A stretch of DNA of 61,395 bases, filler included, from Sphacelaria rigidula (lineage: Eukaryota), in the NCBI GenBank assembly GCA_964200075.2. It is 5 parts of 5 records of this genome, joined end to end, with 100 filler letters (N's around TTAATTAATTAA, not from the genome) between each part and the next. Parts side by side here need not be neighbours in the genome. Positions count along the whole stretch, not along the records: positions 1 to 12,200 come from CAXNAA020004010.1; 4 more parts are not named here. One strand, 5' to 3'. Below the pieces are notes generated by a model that saw only the letters and a program-made list of their open reading frames with translations, made no database searches and had not been told where the DNA came from. Positions 1 through 12,300 of the stretch are shown in pieces. The position numbers and the translations under genes were made by a program. How positions within the stretch are numbered: the first letter of the stretch is position 1; every line of letters starts with the position of its first letter.

Positions 1-167
1 GGGGGGGGGGGGTTCGTTCACCATAAGGACGCGCTCGTAAACGCTTACCGACGTCTGGCAGCAACACATGTGCTCAATACAAGCTAGGCCAGCCGTGAAA
101 CGTACAACCCCTCAGCGCAGAAAAACTTCTTCAGTTGTTGAAACTTTCCACACGTCGGACAATTCAT

Positions 168-368
168 GAGTTAACTCAGTTATGCTCTATAAATCACCTG
201 GCCAGAATGTGCATAACTTAGTTATAGGTTATAACTCACCCGGACAGAATATGCATAACTGAGTTATAGTTTATACCTCACCCAGCCAGAATGTGCGTAG
301 CTGAGTTATAGTTTATACCCCACCTGACCAAGATATGCATAACTGAGTGATGCTGCTATAACTCACAG
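168..368. repeat. 42-bp tandem array, ~4.5 copies
   Basis: Unit CACCCGGCCAGAATGTGCATAACTGAGTTATAGTTTATAACT starting at 195, 237, 279, 321, ~364; palindromic core GAGTTATA-N3-TATAACTC. Confidence 0.92.
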
Positions 369-1321
369 ATGGTTATTGGAGAATGAGTCATGAAGAACAA
401 ACTCATCCGACCGGAAACACGCGGAAAACAGCGATCAACACATTTCACTCATGTAAGAGGAAACGCGTGATCACGTGACACGTCTGCTGGTACGCTGGTA
501 CACATAGCGTGAAGGGCCTCGTGGTATATATGCATATATCAACACTGCCGCAGGTGTAACATGAAAACATGTACAATTTACGAGTATACAGTACCAAAAA
601 ATGCCCGTTTATTACGGTTTCATGGTTCTGGAGGACCGGCCGGAGGGATGGGGGGCGTTCTCATGTGTTGCTTGCCTTCGTCGTTTGACCATTGGGGGGT
701 ATTCTCATTCTTCACTATTCGTACTTTCGATACGGGGTTAGGCAGATACACAGGGAGTTTCGCCATTACACGCTTGATGCATGTTGCATCACACCCCTCG
801 CGTGGAGTCCACCCAACTTTTCCGACCTGCTTGGCACAGAGGTTTTCGCGAATAGTGTCCGAGAAGCGCAGCTGAACTGAAAATTGTTTTGTGTGCTTGA
901 TGAGGTGCCGGCTTCAACATCGATCGCCTAGCATCCTTTTTCTTGCGCCGTAACGTCTCTGGAGTTCGTAGTGGATGCCATAGTAGACTATCGTATCGTG
1001 TGTCGCATGCAAGGCAAATTTCTATGGTCGTCGTGCACACGCCAAGCGTGTGGGTGTGGATGTGTGTGGAAGGGGGGGGGGGGTCACACAAACTGAGGGG
1101 TAAAGATCGGCTATCTCAAAACTCAGAACTCCGTACACAAAAGTAACGTGGCCGTGTTGTGAGCTAAGGGGTAAACATGAGTTATTTTCGAACTCCGGGC
1201 ACAACATTTCTCGGAACTCCGAACACAAACCTGAGTGACCTGGCTGTGTCGCATGAGTTAACGGGTAGAGGTGAGCTATCTCAGAACTCAGAACACAAAA
1301 GTAAGAGGGACACACACGCGG

Positions 1322-1579
1322 CCATTTGGCTACCCCCCATAATGCCTCCGGAGGGATGCGCAACCCTCCCGAGGCAAAGCAAAAACAAGCCTCCGGAGGC
1401 GTTTGATCCCTCTGTAGGAAACCAAACACTACCGACCTGGAGGGCCGCGCACCCCTCCGGAGGAATTTGGGGGTATGCGCGGCCCTCCAGAGGCAAAAAT
1501 AAACCTCCGGAGGCGTTTATTTCCTCTGGAGGCTCGAACAGTATACCCACCTGCAGGAATTCTGGAGGTAGCCAAATTG
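1322..1579. mobile_element. Small MITE nested in the hAT-like element
   Basis: ~22-bp imperfect TIR CCATTTGGCTACCCCCCATAAT / AATTCTGGAGGTAGCCAAATTG; several internal CCTCCGGAGG palindromes. Confidence 0.6.
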
Positions 1580-1683
1580 CCGCTTGTGCATCTCTTTGTA
1601 CAGAATGAGGTGTTTCAGAACTCAGAACACATAACGGAGCTCCACACCACTTTTTTTATCCTGTGATTTTTCATTCTACAGTT

Positions 1684-2180
1684 CACCCGGCCAGAATGTG
1701 CACCGCAGATTTAGCTTCTGTAGCTCCCCCGTCGAAGATGTGTATCGATGAGTTATCTTCTATATCTCACCCGGCCAGAATGTGCAGTGACTTATCTTCT
1801 ATAACACACTTGGCCAAGATATGCACCGATCTGCTATAGCTTATAACTCACCTACCCAAGATATGCATCGATGAGTTATAGTTTATAACTCCCCCGGCCA
1901 GAATGTGCATGGCTGAGTTATAGTTAATAACTCACCCAGGCAGAATGTGCATAACTGAGTTCTAGTTAATAACTCACCCGGCCAGAATGGGCATAACTGA
2001 CTAGCCAGAATGTGCATAGCTGAGTTACAGTTTATAACTCACCCGGCTGTAATGCGCATGACTGAGTTATAGATTATAACTCACCTGCCCGAGACATGCA
2101 TAACTGAGTTCTAGTTTATAACTCACCCGGCCAGAGTGCGCATAAGTGAGTGATGCTGATATAACTCTGCTGTAACTCAC
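1684..2180. repeat. 42-bp tandem array, ~11-12 copies, same unit and orientation as 168-368
   Basis: Unit starts at 1684, 1726, 1768, ~1806, 1848 and onward; copies nearer the right TIR are better conserved. Confidence 0.92.
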
Positions 2181-2206
2181 TGGTGAGTTGAGTTGTCCGA
2201 CGTGTA

Positions 2207-2778
2207 AAACTTTCGTACGTCGTCGATTCAAGCCACACACACTCTGATTTGATTGTGCCTTTCGTGACGGGCTCGCTGACAGCATGCTGCCCGACCGACC
2301 GGCAATTTTGCATCTACAACAGCGCAGTGCCAGTAGGCCACTACTACTACTACTGTACCCTTTGTAGGGACAGTACGGTATTTTACCTTGCACATGCATG
2401 TCTGTGTCCGAGCCGTATCAAAGCAAAGATATTTCTCATTCACCGTTCGGCTACCATGCTGCACGGTAACAAAAAATTGCGGGCTGACCCGTGGTTGACG
2501 TGCAATATTATTATACAGACAATACCAATAATCATGTCCACGACCTCTGTGAGTACGCACCCTGAACTTACTTTGAAGCGGAACACGCCGCCTGCGTCAC
2601 CTTCTCCGATGCGGCTGCCGTTGTTTGGTAAGAAGTGACTGAAGAAATCGTCGAAAAGCGCTTGTCCCTCCCGTAGCTCCAAGGTCGCGAATTCCTCGCT
2701 GTATTTCGCGCGATCTTCACAAGTGATCATCGTTCCAACTTCCGATCTATATCCCACCTGAGACTGCCCTGAGATCCC
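2207..2778 (-). pseudogene. Two candidate exons (2778-2572, 2313-2207) of an unidentified gene, interrupted by the hAT-like insertion
   Basis: TTTTAG acceptor before 2778; open 69 codons ending ...GVFRFK; GTAAGT donor at 2571; TTGTAG acceptor before 2313; the phase-0 join is in frame (FRFK|MQNCRS...). No recognisable domain. Confidence 0.3.
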
Positions 2779-3643
2779 CTAAAATCCCCGAGTTGGTGAG
2801 GAGAGACGACACTATTTCAAGCAGCCCGATGGACGAACAGGAATGGTAGCGGTCTGCGATGGAGTCTGGATGCAATCGACGGCCGTGCTGCGATTTACCA
2901 CTTCAGCAGAGCTGTTATGCCGGAACAAGGAAAATTATCTCTTTGTGCTACACGCAAAAATAATCAAGTCTAAACTGTGGGTCCGCCGCGAGCAAAACCT
3001 GTGGAATAAGTGAGTCCACGGAGAAACGACACCACAACGCGAGCGGGCCGATTGGAACCGAGCAGCCTCGATTTGGATTAAAGTCGATGTGTACCGGCTA
3101 GGTGCGCCGTTTAATACTGCAGAGAAAGATCGTGAGAAACAGAGACGATAATGCTCCGCACCAACCGACCGCCTGCGTAAATTATAGCCGACCAACACAG
3201 GAAGATATGTGTGAGCTGCGGTGTGAGGAGTAATCTGTTGTCAAGCGTAGGAGCTGTGTAACTGCAGGATGAAACTCTTATCTACCACGTGGAAGACCGT
3301 CATGGTCCACAGACTCGGAGTACAACCGTAATTTCGCCGCAATTGGGCAAGACCCGCGGCCGGTCGGGTGAAAAATGCGGGGATGTTTTCACCAATCAAA
3401 ACACGTCTAAGGGCGGCGCAACATGATTCGCATTTCGCCTTACCTTTCCCTTCCCTACTCGAGGTTCCTTTGCATCATTGTGACGCAACGAAAGCACAAC
3501 GGGATGCTCCACGTCTCCGCCCCAATGACTGCTCTAAGTATGGCTTATTACGTCCCTACCTATCAGTCGCAAAACTTGTCTGCTTCAGGATTTCAGGAAG
3601 GCAACGCCCGACGCAAAGTCGTGAGTTTTAAGGCGCAGTACAA

Positions 3644-3861
3644 ATGGTACACACCAGAGTAGGGTCAAGTCAGTCGGCAGGTCGAGAGATGCAGGCTGCG
3701 CCAAGTCACGAGCTGCTGCTGCTAAAATTACGAACAGCCCAACAATATGGGGATGGAAAAAGCTCGGAGTGGAAGAGTCGCTTGTCCAGCGCCCTGCTAC
3801 ATGCGGCGGTGATGAAAGGAGACGTCGGGGTTGTGTCTGGATTGTTGAAGCAAGGTGGCAG
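3644..3861 (+). CDS. Ankyrin-repeat protein, exon 1 (start codon uncertain: 3644 or 3689, or a further upstream exon)
   Basis: LLHAAVMKGDVGVVSGLLKQG is an ankyrin repeat; phase-2 donor AG|GCAAGA (GC type) matches the phase-2 acceptor at 4377. Confidence 0.7.
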
Positions 3862-4377
3862 GCAAGAATATACAGAGCAGATGCGCACATATACGCTCCC
3901 TGAAGGCACGAGGCTGTCGACCTGATTGAAAATTTGCATTGAAACATCAACATTCAAACATAAGCCGGCCTTAGCGAAGCAAAAAGCAGGTGCCTAGCTT
4001 TACCATAAGGTGCCACAACTACATATCGAGAGAGCGAATCGCACATGCCGTGTCTCGAGCTAGAGAGGTACATACCTCTATCAACGCGCTACAGTAGACT
4101 CGCTGACTATACGTTGACCTGTGTGCCGTTGACCACCCTCTCGGCAGCGATGCGCCGTGCTTGGACTGGACGTGAGTACAAAGCAATCCGCCGGAACTTG
4201 GAAGCGATCGTGTACACTCAATAATGGTAATAGCAATGGTCTGTCTCTCTCTGTCTCTTGTTCTGTGCCACGTACGTGCGCATATGTTTCCTACCTTGCA
4301 TTTTGCGACAACTTCCATCTAAACAAGAATTTGATAGCATGGGCACCTCACTTTGTCCGCCCCAAAAACTCGCGTAG

Positions 4378-4521
4378 GTCAGCCATCAATAGTCGGGACG
4401 AAGTCGGGCTGACACCTCTGCATCGAGCCGTATTGTCGACTAAAGGTATCGGGCGAGAAGCGGTCGTGCAGGCGTTGTGTCAATCCGGACCAAACCTGGA
4501 AGCGGCATTCGAGGGCCTGAG
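4378..4521 (+). CDS. Ankyrin-repeat protein, exon 2
   Basis: TAG acceptor; INSRDEVGLTPLHRAV...VVQALCQSGPNLE ankyrin motif; AG|GTGTGT donor; phase 2 at both ends. Confidence 0.85.
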
Positions 4522-6149
4522 GTGTGTTTGCTATGGTGTATGGCAGCCTGTGTTATGGTGGTTCGCGTCACACTTGCATCAGTAGATGAGAGCGTGCGCG
4601 TCTTCTCCAGTACGGGAACGTAGCAGTAGCTACCGTAGCCAGCTTTTCAGACGTGCGCGGAGCATAGTTTTGTGCGCTATACCCCGTGACTTCTGTTCTT
4701 CTTGAGAAGAGATTTCTCAGGACAATGAGGAGCCGCTTTCTGTATTTCACTTGAAACCGCTGCTGAGAACCGTACAGCTGCAATACCCCCCTCCTGCATT
4801 TTCGAGATTTTTCTGCAAAGAGTCGTGCACCTGCGCTTCGTTCTTTCTGAATTTTCGAGATTTCTGCCTAACTTTGTACGTGACACCCATAGTTATACGC
4901 TCCGATTGGCCATTCGTCTACTGACTGTTGTTGTAGCACTGGCTAGTGGTTGCTTCTAGCTTGCTGTATAAGAACACCATCCAAACTTTGTACGGAACAG
5001 GAGGTCCCAAAACAGCCGAGACACCACGATGCCGGTGCGAGTAACCCTTTTGGGTCCCTCTCCCGAACGACCAAAAGTGTTTTTTGCGGAATGGCGCACA
5101 TATTAAAACCAACCATGCACGTACAAGAGTTCCAGAAGAGTGCAGTTCATGCATTCCATACCCCATAGATGTCCGTACTGCAGCAGTACAGTACAGAGGT
5201 GATAGAGCACAGTGCGGCACCGCGCCACACCGCGCAGTAGAGTCCTCATGTGTATGCCCATCTGTGTCTAACCCTGTCACCGATAGTGACTCCCGGCGTG
5301 AAGTGACGGCAGCAACGACATGCCTTAGGGGTTGATCACCAAACTCCAGAGCGTACAGAACAGTACAGTGCAGTACAGTACATATGCGGGGAGATAGATG
5401 TACCGACGAAAGCCATGTTCGCACCAGTGTGTGTGCAGTAGGTGCTGGCGGCTTATGCCCTCAATCACGCTGCTGCCAGCCGTGGCTGGAGGGGGTGAAT
5501 AGGAGGGGTAGACCCTGTTGTTGCAGTCGTCGCATACTCTCGGTTTATCTTATCTCCCAGGTGCTTATTGGTGTTGGGAAATTGCACGTGTTGGTTTTTA
5601 GCTGTCTACGAAGGGGATGGGGTTTGGTAGGTTTCCTTAAGGGGTTCCCTTCCTTTAACCCCCAATGATAAATGCCCGCACAACACGTTCAACATTTTCT
5701 GAGCAAGGTCAAGTAGCTTTGACCCCGGGATGATCCAGGTCGTCCAGACACCACATGTGTGTCATGTTTGTCTCTGTAAGATTGCCTGATCAAGGTACTG
5801 TGCGGGGCATGTTATTCACTCGGCACGCTGTTCCTGTGTGAATGAAAAAAAACATCTGCTGTTGTGATTGGTTAAGCACCACTGGAAAATAACAGAACGA
5901 TGTCAACACCTCTTCATGTGGTACTAGCACGCGGTTGATTTCCAGAAGGATTGGGAATGTTTGGTCGGGAGAATTGTCGACGATCACAAATTTATTATCC
6001 CTGTTCTTATTTGTCATAAAAACATACTTGGAGTGAGCGCCGGGCACGTCTTGCTTTTCACCAGTAACTGATTTCGTCCCCGTATGAGCTGGCCTTAGCG
6101 CACGATTCATTCCCCAATCGTGTCCTCTTCGTTCCACTTCACTGTGCAG

Positions 6150-7044
6150 GCCCTTGCACATGGCTGCGGGTCGTGGTGACCACACAGTGCTGCGAGTGTT
6201 GCTGGAACAAGGTGCCGACAAGGAATCTCTAACAGCCGACGGGTTGTCGGCCCTCCACTGTGCCGCGGCCCAAGGCGCACTTTCGTGCGTAAGACTCCTG
6301 CTCGAAGCCAACGCAGATCCCCATGCCAGGAGCGCAGGGATGGGAAAGCGTACTCTTCTACACGCTGCTGCCGTACGCGGACACCCCGAAATCATCGTAG
6401 AGCTCCTGAGACACGGTGTCCGTGTAGATGCTGGTGATGCCGAGTGCACAACAGCCCTTCACATCGCTGCCACTGTCGGCGACTGCGAAGTCGCGCGGCG
6501 TTTGCTTGACGGCGGCGCAGATGTAAACGTAAGAAATTTGAAGGGCGATACACCTCTGCACCTAGCCTGCATATCCCTCCAACATCGGCTAGTGACGCTT
6601 TTGCTGCAGGATGGCGCCGATGACGATGCTGTCAACAGCGACCGCAAAACCCCCGCTGACATGTTGAGAGGTGGTGGTGCAGCAGGCGAAGAACGAGGGC
6701 GCGGTAACCCTACTTTGGCGCAGAAGATTTTGTGGACATTGGCCAGAGCGCCTGCCGACAGGGCTTGGCGCCGCAGGAAGTTTATGGTGATCATGCGTAA
6801 TAGGTTATTCAGGCAATCGGAGGTGCGTGAATCCGGGAACGGGGAGGTAGCTGTGGTCGCAGGCTCTGGTGCCGCGTTAGCGACAACAGACACGCCAGTA
6901 GGAGGGTATTGCCAACGCGAGGCAGGAGGTGACGGTGCGGGGGGTGACTTTGGGAACGTGACGTATGAACCTTGTTTGTGGGTTAGCAGAGCGGTGCTGA
7001 TCATTGAGGAGGGAATCTTCCGTAATATCGTGGGCTATATTTGA
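6150..7044 (+). CDS. Ankyrin-repeat protein, terminal exon (joined product ~418 aa)
   Basis: Pyrimidine tract plus CAG acceptor at 6149; about five canonical ankyrin repeats (PLHMAA, ALHCAA, LLHAAA, ALHIAA, GDTPLHLAC); C-terminal LARAPADRAWRRR...EGIFRNIVGYI tail typical of brown-algal/phaeoviral ankyrin proteins (from recall). Confidence 0.93.
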
Positions 7045-9847
7045 GTCGAAGGTGAATGTCGGCAGCACCCATAGACTTCACCTTTGTGATCGATGGTGAT
7101 GAGTACGTCTTACTCATCTATTATGTAGTATGTTGCTACAGTTCAGCTCCATCCTGACGTTTGCCGCGCGGCTTGATGGTAAATGACAGTGTCTGCCTCT
7201 TCTCTTCTTCTGTTCAGACTCGTTCTTCATGTCGAGGCTTTCGTCATCATCTGCAGTGCCCGCGCGTGCTGGAGCCTTCTAGCGTCCCCTGAGCATCGCT
7301 GGTTACTGCCGCGTGTATCGAATGTAAACAAAAAACAGTTGTTGGCGTGCTCTATCCGTTACCCTTAGCATGTATTCCCCTGATCTACCGCTCCAAAACA
7401 CCGGCAGCTACTGCCGTTTTTTGTGTTTTGCTCGCTGGACAGTCGTTGGTTCGGTGTCAAGATTGTAAGTGAGTGTCACGAATCAATGGAGCTCGCGCTA
7501 ACGTCCGGTGACACGAAACCAAGCTGGATCGTGCCTGCTTGTCGGAGCGAAACTTAGATTTGGCACTTTTCGTTTCGATTAATTTGAGGGTTGGGTTATT
7601 CGGTGCGATTTCATTCACTTCTTTTCCTTCTTCTGGGTTTGGTAAGGTTTTCAATACCACGGTTTTAATACCCGTAAACTATACATGAACACTTTTATAT
7701 AAATATGCATATTATGTATAAAGTATGCGCGAGAGCGATCGCGTACAATTTTTGAAACGCTCAACGTTTGAATAATCTGTGTGTAGGTCAGGATGAATAC
7801 CTTATGAAATTGGGACAACTATCACTGTAGGGTACGAGAGGCGGTATCGAATACGCGAGTCGACATTTTGTTTAATCCGGCTTTGATGGGCACAGACTTT
7901 GTCGTGCACCAGAATTTCGGAGTCGCGTTGTGGAAGACCTGTCAGCCTCGCTTGCGACACTTGAGTGCACCAGTACTATTGTCACCCTTGTGTATATTTC
8001 CATTGGTGTGGTCATTCGGCGCCCCTCGCCGTTAGAATTTATGCTTGGAAAAATTTGGTGCTTGACATGTTGCTTGTGGTTCCCCGGGAACATCGTATAG
8101 AAATAATGCTGAGTGGGTTCCAAGCTTGGCGTTGGAGGAGAGTGGCACGGTGAGGGGCGGCTGACCCAATTTGCGACGGAGCTTTGTCCGAGAATATTAT
8201 TCTGGACAAGAACATGACAATCCCAGCCGAACCCGACACCTACCTCCGACTTGATTTTAGGTAATTTCGTCAGTCGGCTTCATTTCTCGATCCATTTCGA
8301 CCGACACGCCATGACACCAGGGCCGGCTAATTGGTACGTGTGAAAGCTTTCAAAGCCTAGGACAACAGTTCAGAGCGGGTCGGGAAGGTTTAAAGGAAAA
8401 TTGATTTTAGGCCAACTATAGGGCGGAAGTTGCGCGAAAACCTCAGTAACCTCGAAAATGACCGAGTGTAGTTAGGGTCATTGTAGATTAGGTTTACGCT
8501 CGCGCCGTACACCAAAGCGGGGGTGTAGCGTCCAAGTACTTGAAACGTTAGGGCCCTTGCAGGATACGGGCTTGGCCCTTTTGTAAAACAACCGTGCAGT
8601 GATGTGACGCAAACAGCATGGATGCGCACTTGCGTTTCCCTGGGAGGGGTAACATGCCATAGAAAATGGCTTAATCCGCATTGCAACAAATTCGTTTTCG
8701 TGTTCATGAAAAAAGAGGAAGCTTGGATGCCGGATGCCCAGATGCTGTATCCGAAGACCGACGCCGGGACTTTGAGAGTAATCGTGGGTCATAGCACAAA
8801 GTATGCCTTCCCCCCCAGAATAACGTTTTTCTTGCCTGAATAGTAGTGACTCCAAGGTAGGGGTGCACAGACTTTTTCTGGGGCTCTTCACTTCAGGAGC
8901 TTATCAATGGGAAAGAAGTGTGCAACCTCGGACATTTTTTTGGCCCAGGAGTGGACCCCTAACGTGGTATCACGCATCGGGTTTTGGCAACGGTGCCGTA
9001 TTGAGTGTGTTGTTTATCACTTTTACTGACTTTTAGTTCCCCCACAACGGGCATGTTATGTTTTCATTTGGTATGTTTGAAGCGGTAAATTTAGTCGCCT
9101 GAACGCGCAACTTAGTTTTGACGGCTAACACTCGGGCTCGGAAAATGACCGTCGGTCATAGGCGGGGGTATCTCGTAGTCACCAACACCGTAGAGCACGA
9201 GACTGAATGGGATTTGTGGACAATGGTGAAGAGTTGAGCTTGGCATTTTCCGAAGTCAATACTGTTGTGACCCAATGAATACAACTTTCTGAACTTTGTG
9301 GGGGTCGCGCATTCCTAAAAAAGCATCACGCTAGTGTTTGGATGTTAATGCGCTGTGGCGTGTAATGCTTGGTCGAAGTTAAGACTGTTTTTTTTTTTTT
9401 CTCGGAGATATCTCCGGCGGAGATCATAGGCGCCTTCGACAGCTTTGGCTAAGGGTTGATTTACATCTGCACATTGGAGATCTGGACGCTCCTGTGTATG
9501 CCTTTGATTCTGCTGCAAACGTCTGCCGCTTCGTTGCTTGGCACAGTATGTGTATAGCTGACCTTCCGTACGTGTACCTACCCTTCCGCCGGCTTGGATA
9601 CTTTTCTGTACAGGAGATACGTCTCATAGATGGGGCTGGAGGTGGAAAAGTATGTATATATACATATATCCGAGGTCGTGTTGCTCCCGTGTGGCACTCT
9701 TTCATTGCAATCTTTTGAGCCTCTACAAGGGACCTGGAGTGCTCCTTCCCCCCCCCCCCCCCCCCCCCCCCCCACCAACCCCCCCCACAACACCCCCACC
9801 GCCCCCCCCCCTCCCCCCTGACAGCCGCGGGGACAACCAAAAAAAAA

Positions 9848-9857
9848 NNNNNNNNNN
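9848..9857. other. 10-N scaffold gap flanked by a duplicated sequence and poly-C tracts
   Basis: TTTCATTGCAATCTTTTGAGCC.CTACAAGGGACCTGGAG followed by poly-C occurs on both sides (~9700 and ~9870). Confidence 0.9.
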
Positions 9858-10480
9858 CAATACGCCCTTTTTCATTGCAATCTTTTGAGCCCCTACAAGG
9901 GACCTGGAGGGCCCCCCCCCCCCCCCCCCCCGCATAAAAATGACCGTCCAAAACGGTAGGCCCTCTCCGCATGCCTTCAGATGAGGAGGTCTTACAAGAA
10001 CAAATCAAGTGGAAACAAACGGACACTGCGGCGGAAACAGGTTGTGGTTCAGCTTTCTGGGGACCCCATCGTGTGGGCGGCAACTCCCACCCACGTACTG
10101 CGGGAGCGAGACACAGACACTGACATGGCCAATAAGTATGGTAAACAATCATCGATGAACAAACGAAGGAACAAGAAAAAGGGGGAGGCGAAGGCGAAAG
10201 ACAAGCAGACGGAGAAGCAGGAGAACAAGAGGACTGAGAGGAGGATGAGAAAATTTAGGGGGGAATTTCATGTTCAGGATACTGGTGCACGTTGAGGATT
10301 CTGTGATATTGCCCAAATTCATGTTACAGGCTGCAAGTCGTTTAGACCATGTCACACGGTCACGATTCATGATCGTCCACTGCATAGGGACGAAGTTAAA
10401 ACCGTGCCACTACTCCGAAGGCTCCCCAACGTTTGCACCTAAACGGCGAATAACTAGGTCTGTGAACAGGACCAGTTTGT

Positions 10481-10592
10481 GAGGAATGCTACGGTAGGGG
10501 TGCACTTTTTTCGCGAAATTTTGTCTGGTTCAGAGGCTCCTAACGATTCTAACCTCAGAAATTATTTCTGTACCCCTACCGTAGCATCACTC
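10481..10592. mobile_element. MITE, family GCTACGGTAGGGGTGCAC (short, internally deleted copy)
   Basis: TIR ATGCTACGGTAGGGGTGCA / TGTACCCCTACCGTAGCAT; longer relative at 28230-28478. Confidence 0.75.
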
Positions 10593-12200
10593 TTGTACTG
10601 GCGGTTATGCTGGAAATTTAGTTAACTGGAACTGGTGATGAGAACTCCAGTTCATTTGAAGTTTGTTGTTACCGCCTATGTTTATACCAATTTTAGCATA
10701 GTGGTTTTATAACAAATATGCTTACATTATTACGAAGAAAATGACGGTAGAATTGGGGCCTGCACCTGACAGCAATACAAGTACAGACAGTACTCGTGGT
10801 ACGAGCTGAGCCAGCCTAGAAGCGGACTTGAAGTTTGCAGACCCATTCGCAATGTTATACTTGAGGTTGGACTCTAAAATTTAGTATGTACAATTAATGG
10901 GGTATAAATAAAACAATTATGCATAGACCATGTTTTTTTTTCATGACTTAACGGCATTTGACTGAAAACTGAATATTGCCCTTTACTCATGAAGAAAAAA
11001 AAGCTTCGAGTCCACGCATAATTTTTCTATTATGCCCTATTGATTGTCCACACCAAAATTTAGGGTCCAACACCAAAGTATTAAATTGCGACTGGGCCGT
11101 TTAAAATACGGGTATATAAAACTTCGGAACAGTATTTTGCAAAGCGCTTAACGGCCCACGTTTGGTGTTTGTGTATTGAAATTTTGGATGGGACCTCGCT
11201 AGGGCATAATGAATAACAACAATTGAGTTAATTTTTTTCTTCACTGGTTTAGGGCGTTTTAGTATGTTGACGACCATTTTTTCACGAGAACGCCCGAACT
11301 TTCCCCCCCCAAAAAATGAAGACCTGTATAATTTTTTATTTAACATACCTTATCCCTGCGTGCTGCCAGCCTTGGCTTGTTTGCATTCTGTTCTCACGGA
11401 GAGTCTGCTGCTGCATATCACAGATGGATAATTTTCGAATCGCTCACCGCTTTGAATGGGATTAGAATGTCATCTCCATGGCTTTTAGTTCCTCAATATG
11501 GGGGGTCACATTTTCTACAATTTTCAATATTCTTGAAGGAAAAACACTCCAAATTACGCATTTTTTCTCGCCTCCGGCGGCGCTTCCGCAGGGCACTCTC
11601 ACCAGCCGGCGCGGGGCGTTTGCGGCTCCCGACTTCGCCGCTCGCCGTCGATTTTTTCCCACTTATTCGGCGAAGCCGATTTACTGGGAAAACAACGATG
11701 TACTGGTCACCAGCGTGGCCAGTTTTAACTTAACTGGCCGGAGCAGCCAGTTCTGAGCCGCACGAATATAGTGACCCTCCCTGGAGTTTCGGGAATATGT
11801 TAACCTATTAAACGGAGGCTCGTGCCCCCTTTCCCTCTGCAATACGAGGAGAACCCATACACCTCGGTAGACGTCCATCAATAGTGTTTCTCCTTCACGG
11901 GGAAACCCGTTATCACAATCATGCGCAGGCGGACGCCTGGGGGCATCGAAACAAAAGGGGTTATTCAAACAAGCGCGCAACACATAACAGTCGAAAAAAC
12001 GAGGATCCAATAGTTAACGTCGGGAAGGGAAAACCCAGATACCAAGTTATTTCGAAGGGCATAGCAGAGCTCCCACTTTTGATACAGATCCATTACTTTA
12101 CACTTCTAGTTCCTGCAAAGCTCGTAACACTGCCGAATGTGCCACAGGTTATGATCTCGTCTGCCCCCCCCCCCCCCCTTCACAGAAAAGAGATGTATCC

Positions 12201-12300
12201 NNNNNNNNNNNNNNNNNNNNNNNNNNNNNNNNNNNNNNNNNNNNTTAATTAATTAANNNNNNNNNNNNNNNNNNNNNNNNNNNNNNNNNNNNNNNNNNNN
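12201..12300. other. Artificial contig linker 1
   Basis: N44-TTAATTAATTAA-N44, stop codons in all six frames. Confidence 0.98.

Larger units (their letters stand above)
149..2206. mobile_element. Non-autonomous hAT-like DNA transposon (~2.06 kb) with subterminal 42-bp tandem arrays
   Basis: 13-bp perfect inverted repeat ACACGTCGGACAA (150-162) / TTGTCCGACGTGT (2193-2205). Termini begin CA (left) and TA (right, reverse complement). Perfect 8-bp direct repeat AAACTTTC at 141-148 and 2207-2214 (TSD). No transposase ORF inside. Confidence 0.8.

Noticed and set aside
1684..2180. CRISPR-like array (palindromic repeats at regular spacing; also 25440-25745, 38700-39310, 40818-41060)
   Set aside because: Inter-palindrome sequences are homologous, not unique spacers; no cas genes; eukaryotic TE context.
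5790..7004. Long minus-strand ORFs 5790-6449 and 6459-7004
   Set aside because: Antisense shadows of the GC-rich ankyrin exon.
9424..10152. Gly-rich/Pro-rich ORFs
   Set aside because: Produced by poly-C tracts and run through an N gap with duplicated flanks (probable assembly artefact).
12245..12256. TTAATTAATTAA palindrome as a biological site
   Set aside because: Identical in all four N-flanked linkers; six-frame stop spacer.
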